From Candidatus Minimicrobia sp. QA0096 (lineage in GTDB: Bacteria; Patescibacteriota; Saccharimonadia; Saccharimonadales; Saccharimonadaceae): a stretch of 32,000 nucleotides of DNA. The stretch is taken from assembly GCF_963967315.1 (NCBI RefSeq), contig NZ_OZ017288.1:360001-392000 (forward strand), written 5' to 3'. Of this stretch, positions 22,571 to 31,871 are shown piece by piece. The position numbers and the translations under genes were made by a program. Positions within the stretch are counted from its first letter, which is position 1; the number at the start of each line of letters is the position of its first letter. A model generated the notes under the pieces. The model worked only from the letters and a program-made list of their open reading frames with translations. It ran no database searches and was not told the DNA's origin.

Positions 22571-24349
22571 ATGCGTGTTTCAGACCAGACAATTGAGAGC
22601 ATTCTGGAACAAGGTGGGGTTGTTGATGAGCCGCAGCTTGCTGATTTGAAATTGATAGCTGAACGGTCAAAGCAAACATTGCAAGAAACCGCTATTGAAC
22701 AAAAAGTCATTTCTGAGGAAGATTTGACAAAGTTGATCGGCGATTATATCGGTGTACCTTTCGTGCGAATTGAGCCAAAGGATATTCCCGAAGATATATT
22801 GAAACGAATTCCCGAACATATCGCACGCCAGTATAATGTTGTGCTTTTTGAGAAAAACGAGGACGACAGCCTGTCGCTTGCGATGGAAGACCCAGATGAC
22901 GTACAGGCGCTGAACTTCATCCAAAAAGAAATTGGCTACAACACTAAGGTTTTCCTAGCGACAAAAAGCAACATTTTAGACTGTTTGGAAAATTATCGCG
23001 GCAATATTAACGCCGAGCTTGACGAAGTTATTGCGGTGCAAAAAGACGCGTCTGCCGAAGACCAAAATGTTAGTCAAGACGATTTTGCGGAAAATTCACC
23101 AATTGCCCAAACTGTTAATTTACTACTGGAATATGCCATAAAATCCAACGCTTCTGACATTCACATTGAGCCACGCGAAGATTACGTTCAGGTTCGTTAT
23201 CGAATTGACGGTGTTTTGAAGGAAGTTAACAAATTGCCACGAAACGTTCACGGCGCTTTAGTGAGCCGCATTAAAATTCTCTCCAATCTGAAAATTGACG
23301 AACGCCGCGTACCACAGGACGGCCGATTTAAGATAAAAGTTTCAGGAAAACAATACGCGCTTCGTGTTTCGACATTGCCAATCGCTGACGGCGAAAAAGT
23401 AGTTATGCGTATTTTGGACGAATCGAACCAGGCTGTTAAACTGGATCAGCTTGGCTATTGGGGTCTGTCGCTCGCAACCGTAAAAGACGCAATGGCTCAG
23501 CCGAACGGAATGATTCTGGTGACTGGACCGACTGGATCGGGAAAATCGACCAGTTTGTTTAGCGTCTTGTCGGAGCTTAATACTCCAGATGTCAATATTT
23601 CCACAATTGAAGACCCAGTAGAATATAAAATCCCAGGGGTCAATCAAACCCAGACCAACGCCAAAGCTGGGATGACTTTCGCTTCAGGGCTAAGGGCGCT
23701 ACTTCGCCAAGACCCAAATATCATCATGGTCGGAGAAATTCGCGACGGCGAAACCGCAAACCTTGGTGTTCAAGCGGCGCTAACTGGACACCTGGTATTC
23801 TCCACTCTACACACAAATAACGCCGCAACATGTTTGCCGCGTCTGCTGGATATGGGAATTGAGCCATTCTTGATCGCTTCAACCGTGAAGGCGGTGATTG
23901 GACAGCGCCTAGTTAGGCGCCTGTGTATGAATTGTCGCCAAGAATACACTCCAAACGAAGAAGAAATAAAGTATATCACCGAGATGTTTAAGATAAACAC
24001 CGAGTCGATTAAAAAAATTCACAATCTCGAAGAACAGGCTTTTGAGGATAAAATTGGCGGCGACACGCCTATGGGGTCAACCGATTCAGGAATTGAACGA
24101 TTATGGAGGCCGAACCCAGAAGGCTGCGATAAGTGTGGACATAATGGATTCAAGGGTCGCGTTGGCATTTACGAGGTTCTTGGTATCTCCATCCCTATCC
24201 AAAAAATGATTACCGCCAACGCCACCAGCAACGATATTCAAGATCAAGCGATTTCCGAAGGCATGGTGACAATGCAGATGGACGGACTTATTAAATCACT
24301 GCGCGGGATCACCACCGTGGACGAAGTTTTGAGGGCAACAAGGGAGTAA
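22571..24349 (+). CDS. pilB: type IV pilus assembly ATPase PilB (GspE family)
   Basis: 592 aa. T2SSE_N-like N-terminus, Walker A GPTGSGKST, Asp/His boxes, and the tetracysteine CMNC...CDKC motif. Confidence 0.9.
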   Translation: MRVSDQTIESILEQGGVVDEPQLADLKLIAERSKQTLQETAIEQKVISEEDLTKLIGDYIGVPFVRIEPKDIPEDILKRIPEHIARQYNVVLFEKNEDDSLSLAMEDPDDVQALNFIQKEIGYNTKVFLATKSNILDCLENYRGNINAELDEVIAVQKDASAEDQNVSQDDFAENSPIAQTVNLLLEYAIKSNASDIHIEPREDYVQVRYRIDGVLKEVNKLPRNVHGALVSRIKILSNLKIDERRVPQDGRFKIKVSGKQYALRVSTLPIADGEKVVMRILDESNQAVKLDQLGYWGLSLATVKDAMAQPNGMILVTGPTGSGKSTSLFSVLSELNTPDVNISTIEDPVEYKIPGVNQTQTNAKAGMTFASGLRALLRQDPNIIMVGEIRDGETANLGVQAALTGHLVFSTLHTNNAATCLPRLLDMGIEPFLIASTVKAVIGQRLVRRLCMNCRQEYTPNEEEIKYITEMFKINTESIKKIHNLEEQAFEDKIGGDTPMGSTDSGIERLWRPNPEGCDKCGHNGFKGRVGIYEVLGISIPIQKMITANATSNDIQDQAISEGMVTMQMDGLIKSLRGITTVDEVLRATRE

Positions 24350-24353
24350 CATT

Positions 24354-25580
24354 ATGCCAATTTTTGAATATTTGCTTGTCAATAAAAAGAAAGAGACCGT
24401 CTCTTCAACGATTGAAGCGGCCGACAAACTATCTGCCATTAACAATTTGAGGTCACGCGGACAATTAATAAAAATTGAAGAAAAAGGCGCAAAAAAAGAG
24501 CTTAGTTTTTCTTTCGGCAAGAAAAAGAAAGGTGCCAAGACTGAAGAATTGGTGATGTTTACTCGTCAATTAAGCGCCATGGTTTCAGCCGGCGTTCCTA
24601 TTCTTCGCTCCCTTAACTCTATGGCAAAACACGCCGAAAGCGCCAATTTCCGAGACACGATCAACGCTGTTATTAAAGACATTGAAGGTGGTATGTCTTT
24701 CGCGGATGCCCTGAGCAAACACCCAGAAACCTTCAATGATATTTACGTGAATATGGTTGCTGCGGGTGAAACTGGAGGTATTTTGGACGATATCTTAAAA
24801 CGTCTAGCTTTACAACAAGAAAAAAACTCATCCATGAAGAAAAAAATTAAAGGCGCCATGACATATCCGATCGTACTTTTAATTATTACGATTATTGCCT
24901 TCTTTATCCTGATGATTTTCATTATTCCAGTTATCGGTAAAACCATTAAAGACATGGGCGGACCTGACGCCAAATTGCCACTTCTTACTGAGATTATGCT
25001 CGGAATTAGCGATTTCGTAGTGTCGTTTTGGTATATAATCATTCCAATATTTGTCGGAAGCATTTGGCTATTGATTCGCTACATTAAAACCCCAAAAGGT
25101 CGCGTCAAATTTCACAATATCATCATCAAAGTTCCAGCTGTCGGTCCAATTGTTAAGAAGGTGGCAATCGCTCGCTTTACTCGAACCTTCTCCGCCCTTA
25201 TCGGTGCGGGCGTGGCTGTGCTTGAAGCGCTGGACGTAACTTCGCGTGCCGTCGGAAATGTCGCTTACGAAAAGTCCCTAAAAGAAGCCACCAAGCGAGT
25301 CCAAAACGGTGAAGTCTTGTCAAAAATTATTGCCGAACGAGATGATTTATATCCGCCAATCGTAGCACAGATGTTGTCCGTTGGTGAAGAAACCGGACAA
25401 ACAGACAAAGTTCTGATTAAAGTTGCCGACTTTTATGAGGAAGAAGTTGACACTGCGATTGACGGCGTTAGTTCTATCATTGAGCCAGTAATGATCGTTG
25501 CTATGGGTGTTGTTATTGCCCTAGTGGCGGTTAGTGTTATGGGCCCAATTACAAGTATGGCAGGTCAAGTTAAGGAATAA
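24354..25580 (+). CDS. pilC: type IV pilus platform protein PilC (GspF family)
   Basis: 408 aa with duplicated T2SSF domains and 3 hydrophobic helices. A GGGAG SD lies at the end of pilB. Confidence 0.9.
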   Translation: MPIFEYLLVNKKKETVSSTIEAADKLSAINNLRSRGQLIKIEEKGAKKELSFSFGKKKKGAKTEELVMFTRQLSAMVSAGVPILRSLNSMAKHAESANFRDTINAVIKDIEGGMSFADALSKHPETFNDIYVNMVAAGETGGILDDILKRLALQQEKNSSMKKKIKGAMTYPIVLLIITIIAFFILMIFIIPVIGKTIKDMGGPDAKLPLLTEIMLGISDFVVSFWYIIIPIFVGSIWLLIRYIKTPKGRVKFHNIIIKVPAVGPIVKKVAIARFTRTFSALIGAGVAVLEALDVTSRAVGNVAYEKSLKEATKRVQNGEVLSKIIAERDDLYPPIVAQMLSVGEETGQTDKVLIKVADFYEEEVDTAIDGVSSIIEPVMIVAMGVVIALVAVSVMGPITSMAGQVKE

Positions 25581-25600
25581 TGGTTTTTCAAAAAAGCTTA

Positions 25601-25609
25601 TGTTATAAT
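25601..25609 (+). promoter_or_regulatory. internal promoter upstream of pilM, extended -10 box TGtTATAAT
   Basis: Located in the 57-nt pilC-pilM gap, followed by a GGTGGG SD and the GTG start. Confidence 0.45.
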
Positions 25610-25637
25610 ACCGATATATAGGTGGGAAAATAATAAC

Positions 25638-26690
25638 GTGTCGAGCATATTTTATAGAAAAAAACCAATTATCGGCCTAGATATCAGCCGAACAAGCATA
25701 AAAGTAATGTCGATTGATAGAAATCGGATGCTGGTTCATGGATATGGATCGATTAACCTTGATTCTCAAAAAAGCGACGGAAATTCTACAGACAACACTG
25801 AATATTTAGCGCAGAATATCAAAACGTTATTGAAGAAAAACGTCGTAGGACAAATTAATAGCAACCGCGTGGCGCTAGGCATACCGACCAACCGAACATT
25901 TTCGCGGACATTCAGCTTACCTGTGAAAGAAGAAAGCAATATTCGCAGTGCGGTAAATTTGGAAGCCGAACAATACATTCCAGCTCCGTTAGATTCTCTT
26001 TATTTGGACTATCGAATCATCAATCGTACGAAAGATGAGCTTAGTGTGCTAATGTGTGCTGCACCGAAGAAAATGATCGACAGCATGTTAGACGCCACAA
26101 AACAATGTGGTCTGGAAGTTGCAATAATTGAGCCGAACATCAGCGCAATCGCTAGACTTCTGAAGCGCACAGAAGAAGGAATACTTCCTACTATTATTGT
26201 CGATATAGGCACATCAACTACAGATATTGCAATTCTAGATTCCGATATACGTGTGACGGGCGGCTTAAATGTTGGCGGCTATTCACTCACCTTAAATTTA
26301 GCTAAAAAAATGAACGTACCAATTGAAACAGCTCATCAATTTAAGGTATTAAACGGATTAAATCCCGGCCCAAGGCAAGCCAGAATCGCAGGAGCCTTGC
26401 ACCCAAGTTTGGAAAAAATGACCAATGAAGTTAAGCGCGTTATGCGATATTACACAGACCGCTTCCCTGATGAGAAAAAAATCGAGCAAATTCTCATAGT
26501 CGGCGGCGGCGGTAATTTACCAGGAATTGGTGATTTTTTCACAAACGAGTTATTAATGCCAGCACGCGTGGCAAGTCCGTGGCAAATGCTGAATTTCGAT
26601 GGACTAGAGCAGCCGGCAAAACAGCTTCGCTCCCAGCTATCACCAGTCGCGGGACTAGCCTTAATCAAGCAGGAGGATATTTATGATTAA
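25638..26690 (+). CDS. pilM: type IV pilus assembly protein PilM (actin-like ATPase fold)
   Basis: IIGLDISRTSIKVMSI N-terminus, IVDIGTSTTDIAIL and ILIVGGGGNLPG motifs. GTG start with a GGTGGG SD. Confidence 0.85.
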   Translation: MSSIFYRKKPIIGLDISRTSIKVMSIDRNRMLVHGYGSINLDSQKSDGNSTDNTEYLAQNIKTLLKKNVVGQINSNRVALGIPTNRTFSRTFSLPVKEESNIRSAVNLEAEQYIPAPLDSLYLDYRIINRTKDELSVLMCAAPKKMIDSMLDATKQCGLEVAIIEPNISAIARLLKRTEEGILPTIIVDIGTSTTDIAILDSDIRVTGGLNVGGYSLTLNLAKKMNVPIETAHQFKVLNGLNPGPRQARIAGALHPSLEKMTNEVKRVMRYYTDRFPDEKKIEQILIVGGGGNLPGIGDFFTNELLMPARVASPWQMLNFDGLEQPAKQLRSQLSPVAGLALIKQEDIYD

Positions 26691-27258
26691 CCTCCTCCCT
26701 CCTCAAGAAAAAAAGCAAATCAGCGCCGGGCGAGTAAATGTCATCTTAAGGCGGTACTGTATCATATCATTGATATTTGCAGGTTTACTATTCTTAACTA
26801 TTGGCGGATTTTATCTATTCTTAGAAAATAGCCGCACCTCAGCTCAAGCCAACATCGACGAAGGAAACGCTAAGCTTGCTCAATACCAATCGACACAAAA
26901 AGAAGTTAGCGAGTTTAAGAAAGACCTCGACTCGGCTAAGGCGATAATTAGCAACGAGGCTCATTACTCTACAATTATCCCAAAAATTGCACAGTACATC
27001 CCATCAGGTATGGTTTTGGACTCTCTGACGCTAGACACTTCAGCGTTAGATAAACCATTGTCATTAACAGCTCTTGGAAAAAATAAGGATGACGCTATTC
27101 GAATAAAAACCAGCTTAGAAAAGTCAGAAATATTTAGTGACGTTCACTTGGAGACTGTTGTTTATAGCGATGGAAGCCAATCGTCAGACAAGCCTGCGGA
27201 TTATCCAATCACTATAACAATTAGCGTTACACCAAAGCCAGAGGTCTTAAAACAATGA
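26683..27258 (+). CDS. pilN: PilN-like bitopic pilus alignment protein
   Basis: MINLLPP N-terminus, which is the PilM-binding peptide in known systems, then a single TM helix. AGGAGG SD. Overlaps pilM by 8 nt. Confidence 0.7.
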   Translation: MINLLPPQEKKQISAGRVNVILRRYCIISLIFAGLLFLTIGGFYLFLENSRTSAQANIDEGNAKLAQYQSTQKEVSEFKKDLDSAKAIISNEAHYSTIIPKIAQYIPSGMVLDSLTLDTSALDKPLSLTALGKNKDDAIRIKTSLEKSEIFSDVHLETVVYSDGSQSSDKPADYPITITISVTPKPEVLKQ

Positions 27259-27848
27259 AAAAAGTTCTAAATGCCAGTATTGCGCGAATTGTCCTGTCGT
27301 TACTATTGCTCATAATATTATCAGCAATGGTGGGACTAGTTATTTTCGCCTATTCATTCTTAAGTAAAACATCAGAAGAAGTTGGAAAAATGCAAACAGA
27401 AGCAATTGCAGTTGATGCAAAAATACAAAGTTTGCTAGCGTCAAAATCTCAGCTCGACCGCAATTCCGACACAGTTAAAAAAGCAAAGAATATCGTCTCA
27501 GAATCGAAACTTTATCAATACCAGAATCAGATTATTAAGGATTTAAATACCTACGCTGACCGCGCCGGTATTCCGATTAAAGCTTTCTCTTTCCAAAACG
27601 AACCAACAACTTCTGCTAAGACAGCGAAATCTAGCAAGCGGACACCCGCCAGCCCTGCTGGGGTGAAAAGTACTTTCGTATCAATTCAATTGGGAGATCA
27701 CATAGATTATACGAAATTCCTACATTTCCTTAGTCTTATTGAAAAAAATGTCACTCGAATGCAGCTTTTAGGCGTGTCAATTTCCAGAGGTGCAAATAAT
27801 CATGAAATATCAATCCAATCACTTGAAGTAAAGGTTTATACACGATGA
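27255..27848 (+). CDS. pilO: PilO-like bitopic pilus alignment protein
   Basis: Single N-terminal TM helix followed by a coiled-coil segment. It occupies the operon position after pilN and has an ATGA overlap. Confidence 0.55.
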   Translation: MKKVLNASIARIVLSLLLLIILSAMVGLVIFAYSFLSKTSEEVGKMQTEAIAVDAKIQSLLASKSQLDRNSDTVKKAKNIVSESKLYQYQNQIIKDLNTYADRAGIPIKAFSFQNEPTTSAKTAKSSKRTPASPAGVKSTFVSIQLGDHIDYTKFLHFLSLIEKNVTRMQLLGVSISRGANNHEISIQSLEVKVYTR

Positions 27849-28129
27849 GTCCATCAATATCAGAACAGCTTGAACCAATCGTAAAATCACTGTCCAAATT
27901 CCTGTGGCGATTTCATGTGATAATATATAGCGTTGTCGTAATCGGAGGCGTAGCAATCGCGATATTTCTTTTGAGTGGACTTTTAGCAGTTCCTACCGAA
28001 GAACCACAAACCGCATCAATAAGTTTTGACAAAAAAACCATGAAAATTATTAAAGACTTCCGACCATCAACTTCAACAAACGACTCATTTAGTCTGCCGG
28101 CTGGTCGCTCCAATCCGTTTGCCGAATAG
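27845..28129 (+). CDS. small single-pass membrane protein in the pil operon (PilP position)
   Basis: 94 aa with one TM helix (VIIYSVVVIGGVAIAIFLLSGLL). ATGA overlap with pilO. I recognise no family. Confidence 0.45.
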   Translation: MSPSISEQLEPIVKSLSKFLWRFHVIIYSVVVIGGVAIAIFLLSGLLAVPTEEPQTASISFDKKTMKIIKDFRPSTSTNDSFSLPAGRSNPFAE

Positions 28130-28141
28130 AACGTAACCGTT

Positions 28142-28147
28142 TATAAT
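28142..28147 (+). promoter_or_regulatory. -10 box TATAAT, 6 nt before the PRC-barrel gene ATG
   Basis: Reads GTTTATAATATAGTTATG. Confidence 0.45.
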
Positions 28148-28153
28148 ATAGTT

Positions 28154-28741
28154 ATGCTTATATCCGCAGATCGCTTCCTTGATATTCCCGTCATGAGTCT
28201 TCAGACGGGCTCCGAACTGGCGCGAACATCGCGAGAAATTATCAATCCGAAGAATCTGTCTATAATCGCATATGAGCTTGAGGGGCGACTTTTGGACCAA
28301 CATCCTAGTTTACTTCGCGTTGACGATGTCAGAGAAATTGGGCCGCTCGGTATGATTATTGATTCAACCGATGAGATCATAGGCATTGATGATGTTATTG
28401 CTATAAAAGAAATTTATGAAATCAATTTTGCATTAAAAGACAAGTTGGTTATTGATGAAAAGAATAAGAAAATCGGAAAAGTTATCGGATATACGTTGGC
28501 GGCTGGGAATTTTATTATACAACAGCTCCGAATTCGGCGACCATTCTTGAAAAGTTTTGGCGACACAGAGCTACTTATTCATCGTTCTCAGATTGTAAAA
28601 GTGACCGATGATAAAATCGTTGTAAAATCAGCAACTATCTCGCATATAGCCGAAAAAACACCTATTCCGCAGATAAATTCATACGAAAACCCATTCCGCA
28701 AGCAGCCTCGTCCACAACCAGAATCTACAAAAGTTGATTAA
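28154..28741 (+). CDS. tandem PRC-barrel-like domain protein
   Basis: 195 aa. Two segments resemble PRC barrels (IPVMSLQTGSELARTSREIINPKNLSIIAYELEG and LVIDEKNKKIGKVIGYTLAAGNFIIQQLRI). The domain call rests on remembered pattern only. Confidence 0.5.
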   Translation: MLISADRFLDIPVMSLQTGSELARTSREIINPKNLSIIAYELEGRLLDQHPSLLRVDDVREIGPLGMIIDSTDEIIGIDDVIAIKEIYEINFALKDKLVIDEKNKKIGKVIGYTLAAGNFIIQQLRIRRPFLKSFGDTELLIHRSQIVKVTDDKIVVKSATISHIAEKTPIPQINSYENPFRKQPRPQPESTKVD

Positions 28742-29391
28742 TCATTTGGGTTTTCAAGAGCCTTCTTAATGTCGTCGTAAGAAAACCCCTGCCTAGCCAA
28801 ATATTGCATAAACTTCTGTTGGTCGCTATATCGATAACGTTTTTTAGCAATAATCTTCCGCAATTCCTCGTCATCAGAGCGAATGTTCTCTTTAACTAAC
28901 GACTCAATCGTTGTATTATCAATTCCCTTTTGCGCCAGTTCCAATTTCAAACGGCGAATACTGGCGCCTTTTTTCATGAACCGCTGCTCAAACCAAAATC
29001 GAGCAAATTTTTCATCGTCCAAATATTTTTTCTCAATAAGACGATCTAAGACGCGCTCAGTAATCTCCGGCTTCACTCCAGGACGTTCAATAATTTTTCC
29101 AGTTTTCGCCGAACGTCGACGAGTAGCTAGTGTTTTCCGACGCAGATAATCACGCACTTCTTTGATGGCTCGCGGACGCATTAAGCAGTATTCTATAGAC
29201 CTAGCATACAACTTGCCAAACTGGCTATCGTCTTCTAGTTTCGAAATTTCCTCTTCCGTATATTCGCGACCAATCTTAATGCCTAGTTCGCCGACCTGAA
29301 ATACGTCCAAGCTAAAACGATATTTTCCGTCAACGCTTACATTGACGCGATTTTTATCACGAGCCTGAAGAGAAATATCGGTGATTTTCAT
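28738..29391 (-). CDS. recX: RecA regulator RecX
   Basis: 217 aa with helical repeats. The N-terminus (RVNVSVDGKYRFSLD) is typical of RecX. The gene lies 11 nt downstream of recA. Confidence 0.85.
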   Translation of the reverse strand: MKITDISLQARDKNRVNVSVDGKYRFSLDVFQVGELGIKIGREYTEEEISKLEDDSQFGKLYARSIEYCLMRPRAIKEVRDYLRRKTLATRRRSAKTGKIIERPGVKPEITERVLDRLIEKKYLDDEKFARFWFEQRFMKKGASIRRLKLELAQKGIDNTTIESLVKENIRSDDEELRKIIAKKRYRYSDQQKFMQYLARQGFSYDDIKKALENPND

Positions 29392-29402
29392 CTATATATG
29401 AA

Positions 29403-30458
29403 TTAACTTTCAGCTTCCTTCACTTTATCACGCACTTTCTGATCAATTTCCGCCAAAACCTCAGGATTTTCCTTCAAATAATTCTTCGTCTTGTCACGCC
29501 CCTGACCAATCGTTTCGCCGTTATATTTATAAAACGCACCAGATTTTTCAACTATACCGTGCGTTGCCGCCAAGTCCAGAATATCGCCAGTTTTACTAAT
29601 TCCCTCGTTGTACATAATGTCAAATTCAGCCACACGGAACGGCGGTGCAATCTTATTTTTCACAACCTTAATTTTTGTGCGATTACCAATAATATCATCG
29701 CCAACTTTGATCTGACCAATTCGACGAATATCAATTCGCTGCGACGCGTAAAATTTCAAGGCATTACCGCCAGTTGTCGTTTCAGGATTGCCAAACATCA
29801 CGCCAATTTTCATACGAATCTGATTGATAAAGATAACCGTGGCTTTTGATTTATTGATGATTCCCGTCAATTTACGTAGAGCCTGACTCATCAATCGAGC
29901 CTGAAGACCCATATGAGAATCGCCCATATCGCCATCAATTTCAGCCTGTGGCGTCAAGGCAGCCACCGAGTCAACTATCACCAAATCCACCGCATTAGAA
30001 CGAACCAACGTTTCTGTAATTTCCAATGCTTGCTCGCCGTTATCTGGCTGAGAAACCAACAAATTTTCCGTATCTACACCCAGACGCTTAGCGTATGCTG
30101 GATCAAGGGCGTGCTCAGCATCAATAAACGCTGCCGTTCCACCCTGCTTCTGAATTTCTGCAATAGCGTGAAGCGTCAATGTTGTCTTACCCGAGCTTTC
30201 TGGACCATAGATTTCTATGATACGACCTTTTGGATATCCGCCACCGAGCGCCAAATCCAAACTCAAAGCACCAGAAGGAATTACTTCAACATCGACTTTA
30301 TGAGCCTCGCCCAATTTCATAATTGATCCGTCGCCAAATTGCTTGGTGATTTGATCCATTGCTAGACCAAGCGCCTTAAGCTTGCCTTCATCAACTTTTT
30401 TATCCGATGCCTGACTTGACTTTTCTGGATTTACTGTTTTACTGTCTGATTTTGCCAT
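29403..30458 (-). CDS. recA: recombinase RecA
   Basis: [14 protein letters not shown]-loop, FIDAEHALD and [18 protein letters not shown]. Confidence 0.97.
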   Translation of the reverse strand: MAKSDSKTVNPEKSSQASDKKVDEGKLKALGLAMDQITKQFGDGSIMKLGEAHKVDVEVIPSGALSLDLALGGGYPKGRIIEIYGPESSGKTTLTLHAIAEIQKQGGTAAFIDAEHALDPAYAKRLGVDTENLLVSQPDNGEQALEITETLVRSNAVDLVIVDSVAALTPQAEIDGDMGDSHMGLQARLMSQALRKLTGIINKSKATVIFINQIRMKIGVMFGNPETTTGGNALKFYASQRIDIRRIGQIKVGDDIIGNRTKIKVVKNKIAPPFRVAEFDIMYNEGISKTGDILDLAATHGIVEKSGAFYKYNGETIGQGRDKTKNYLKENPEVLAEIDQKVRDKVKEAES

Positions 30459-30485
30459 AGCATTCCCTCCTTAGTTACTTCTTTT

Positions 30486-30491
30486 ATTATA
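30486..30491 (-). promoter_or_regulatory. possible recA promoter -10 box TATAAT
   Basis: Reverse strand reads CGGTATAATAAAAGAAGTAACTAAGGAGGGAATGCTATG. This unit is SD-led. Confidence 0.4.
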
Positions 30492-30509
30492 CCGATTTGT
30501 CGCAAGATT

Positions 30510-30518
30510 TGCTATAAT
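30510..30518 (+). promoter_or_regulatory. extended -10 box TGcTATAAT, 7 nt before the orphan pilin ATG
   Basis: Reads TTTGCTATAATTACATTCATG. Confidence 0.55.
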
Positions 30519-30525
30519 TACATTC

Positions 30526-30918
30526 ATGAATAAGCGAAACGGTTTCACTATTATTGAACTTTTGGTTGTAGCGACTTTCTTGATTGTTATCGCAATCTTA
30601 GGTTTCTCACAATATACAAAATTGACCAACGAATCAAACAACGCCAAAAAACGCACCGCGATTAACGCTATGCATTATAGCCTGGAAGAAGGTTTTTACG
30701 TTAAAAATGGCTATTACCCAGAGAAGCTAGAAGAAGGTACGCTTCCAACTATGGATCCCGCATTGTTAAAAGATCCACAAGGTAAGAAAATTGGCGAAAA
30801 AGACAGCAGTTACCGCTATGAATCTTCAAATTGTAATGACGGAAAATGTAAGTCATACAAACTTGTCGCGACGCTTGTCGATGAAGATGACTATATAAAA
30901 GAAAGTCGCCACAAATAA
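30526..30918 (+). CDS. orphan type IV pilin / pseudopilin-like protein
   Basis: 130 aa with prepilin motif MNKRNG|FTIIELLVVATFLIVIAIL and a C-terminal CNDGKC pair. Confidence 0.8.
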   Translation: MNKRNGFTIIELLVVATFLIVIAILGFSQYTKLTNESNNAKKRTAINAMHYSLEEGFYVKNGYYPEKLEEGTLPTMDPALLKDPQGKKIGEKDSSYRYESSNCNDGKCKSYKLVATLVDEDDYIKESRHK

Positions 30919-30922
30919 TTAG

Positions 30923-31759
30923 CTAATCATCACAAACAGGACGGCCATTCTTAAAGTCTTCAATGGCATTATTGATTATCGCAATTTGCTTGCGTGGATT
31001 TGCCACAAAATGGAATATGTATGTCGTTTCTTCACCCTCAGTGCTGAGGCGAATCGTGCCATAATTGAAAAGAGTCTGAATAATGCCTGATTGGCGGAAG
31101 CTTGCATCTTCAATACTGCCTAAGCTCACCGTTTGCTCGTGTCGATAAAATAAGCTACCTTGGATTTCCTGAATCACACTTTCGTTGGTCATGTAAAAAT
31201 GATTCTGCAAATATATCCACAAGGACACCGCACCACCAAGCGCCACCAGCCCAATAAGCAGCATCGCCACGCCAAACATATCGGTTAGTGACGGCATTGG
31301 CGAAATAATCGAATCTCGAGCAATTGACGGATAAAACATCACAAACACCATGATCATCACCACTAAGAAAACCGAGATTCCCGTCGGGATTAGCATACCA
31401 ATCGGATGACGCTTAATATCCAAAATAATATATTCGCCTTCACTCAAATTGAGGTTTGGGTATTGCTGAACTGATTTTTCATGTTTTTGCTTCAAATCAT
31501 CGCTAATAGTAAACGGCTTCGGGTCAATATCCCTGGCAACATGGACAACTTGCGGTTCATTAGCATACTGACTACGTAATCGCGGATCAAAATTCTCCCC
31601 ATCAATAATTTCTGGTCTTGCCGTCACATAAGAATTCGTCTGCGCCACAACCGGAGCTGGACGACCAGTCTGTGGTGGATGGTGGTACAGTGGTCGACCA
31701 TCAGCATCATACGCAACAGGCTGCGTTAAATCTTCTGACGAGGATGTTTGTGGATTCAT
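30923..31759 (-). CDS. membrane protein with bacterial PH (bPH_2/YdbS-YdbT-like) domain and Pro-rich N-terminus
   Basis: 278 aa. EGEYIILDIKRHPIGML is followed by two TM helices and a C-terminal RHEQTVSLGSIEDASFRQSGIIQTLFNYGTIRLST segment. The family call is from remembered pattern. Confidence 0.6.
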   Translation of the reverse strand: MNPQTSSSEDLTQPVAYDADGRPLYHHPPQTGRPAPVVAQTNSYVTARPEIIDGENFDPRLRSQYANEPQVVHVARDIDPKPFTISDDLKQKHEKSVQQYPNLNLSEGEYIILDIKRHPIGMLIPTGISVFLVVMIMVFVMFYPSIARDSIISPMPSLTDMFGVAMLLIGLVALGGAVSLWIYLQNHFYMTNESVIQEIQGSLFYRHEQTVSLGSIEDASFRQSGIIQTLFNYGTIRLSTEGEETTYIFHFVANPRKQIAIINNAIEDFKNGRPVCDD

Positions 31760-31765
31760 GCCTAT

Positions 31766-31774
31766 ATTATAACA
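31766..31774 (-). promoter_or_regulatory. extended -10 box TGtTATAAT, 6 nt before the PH-domain protein ATG
   Basis: Reverse strand reads CGTGTTATAATATAGGCATG. Confidence 0.55.
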
Positions 31775-31871
31775 CGACAGAACTTAAGATAGTCTTGTTT
31801 TTTGCCCATGGCGGCTCCTAGTTAAGTTTGTCTGGTTTTATTAAACCACAAAAAACCAAGGAATACGATAA

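Noticed and set aside
30459-30525. SOS/LexA-type operator upstream of recA
   Set aside because: I looked for CGAAC-N4-GTTCG and CTGT-N8-ACAG type palindromes in the recA upstream region and found none.
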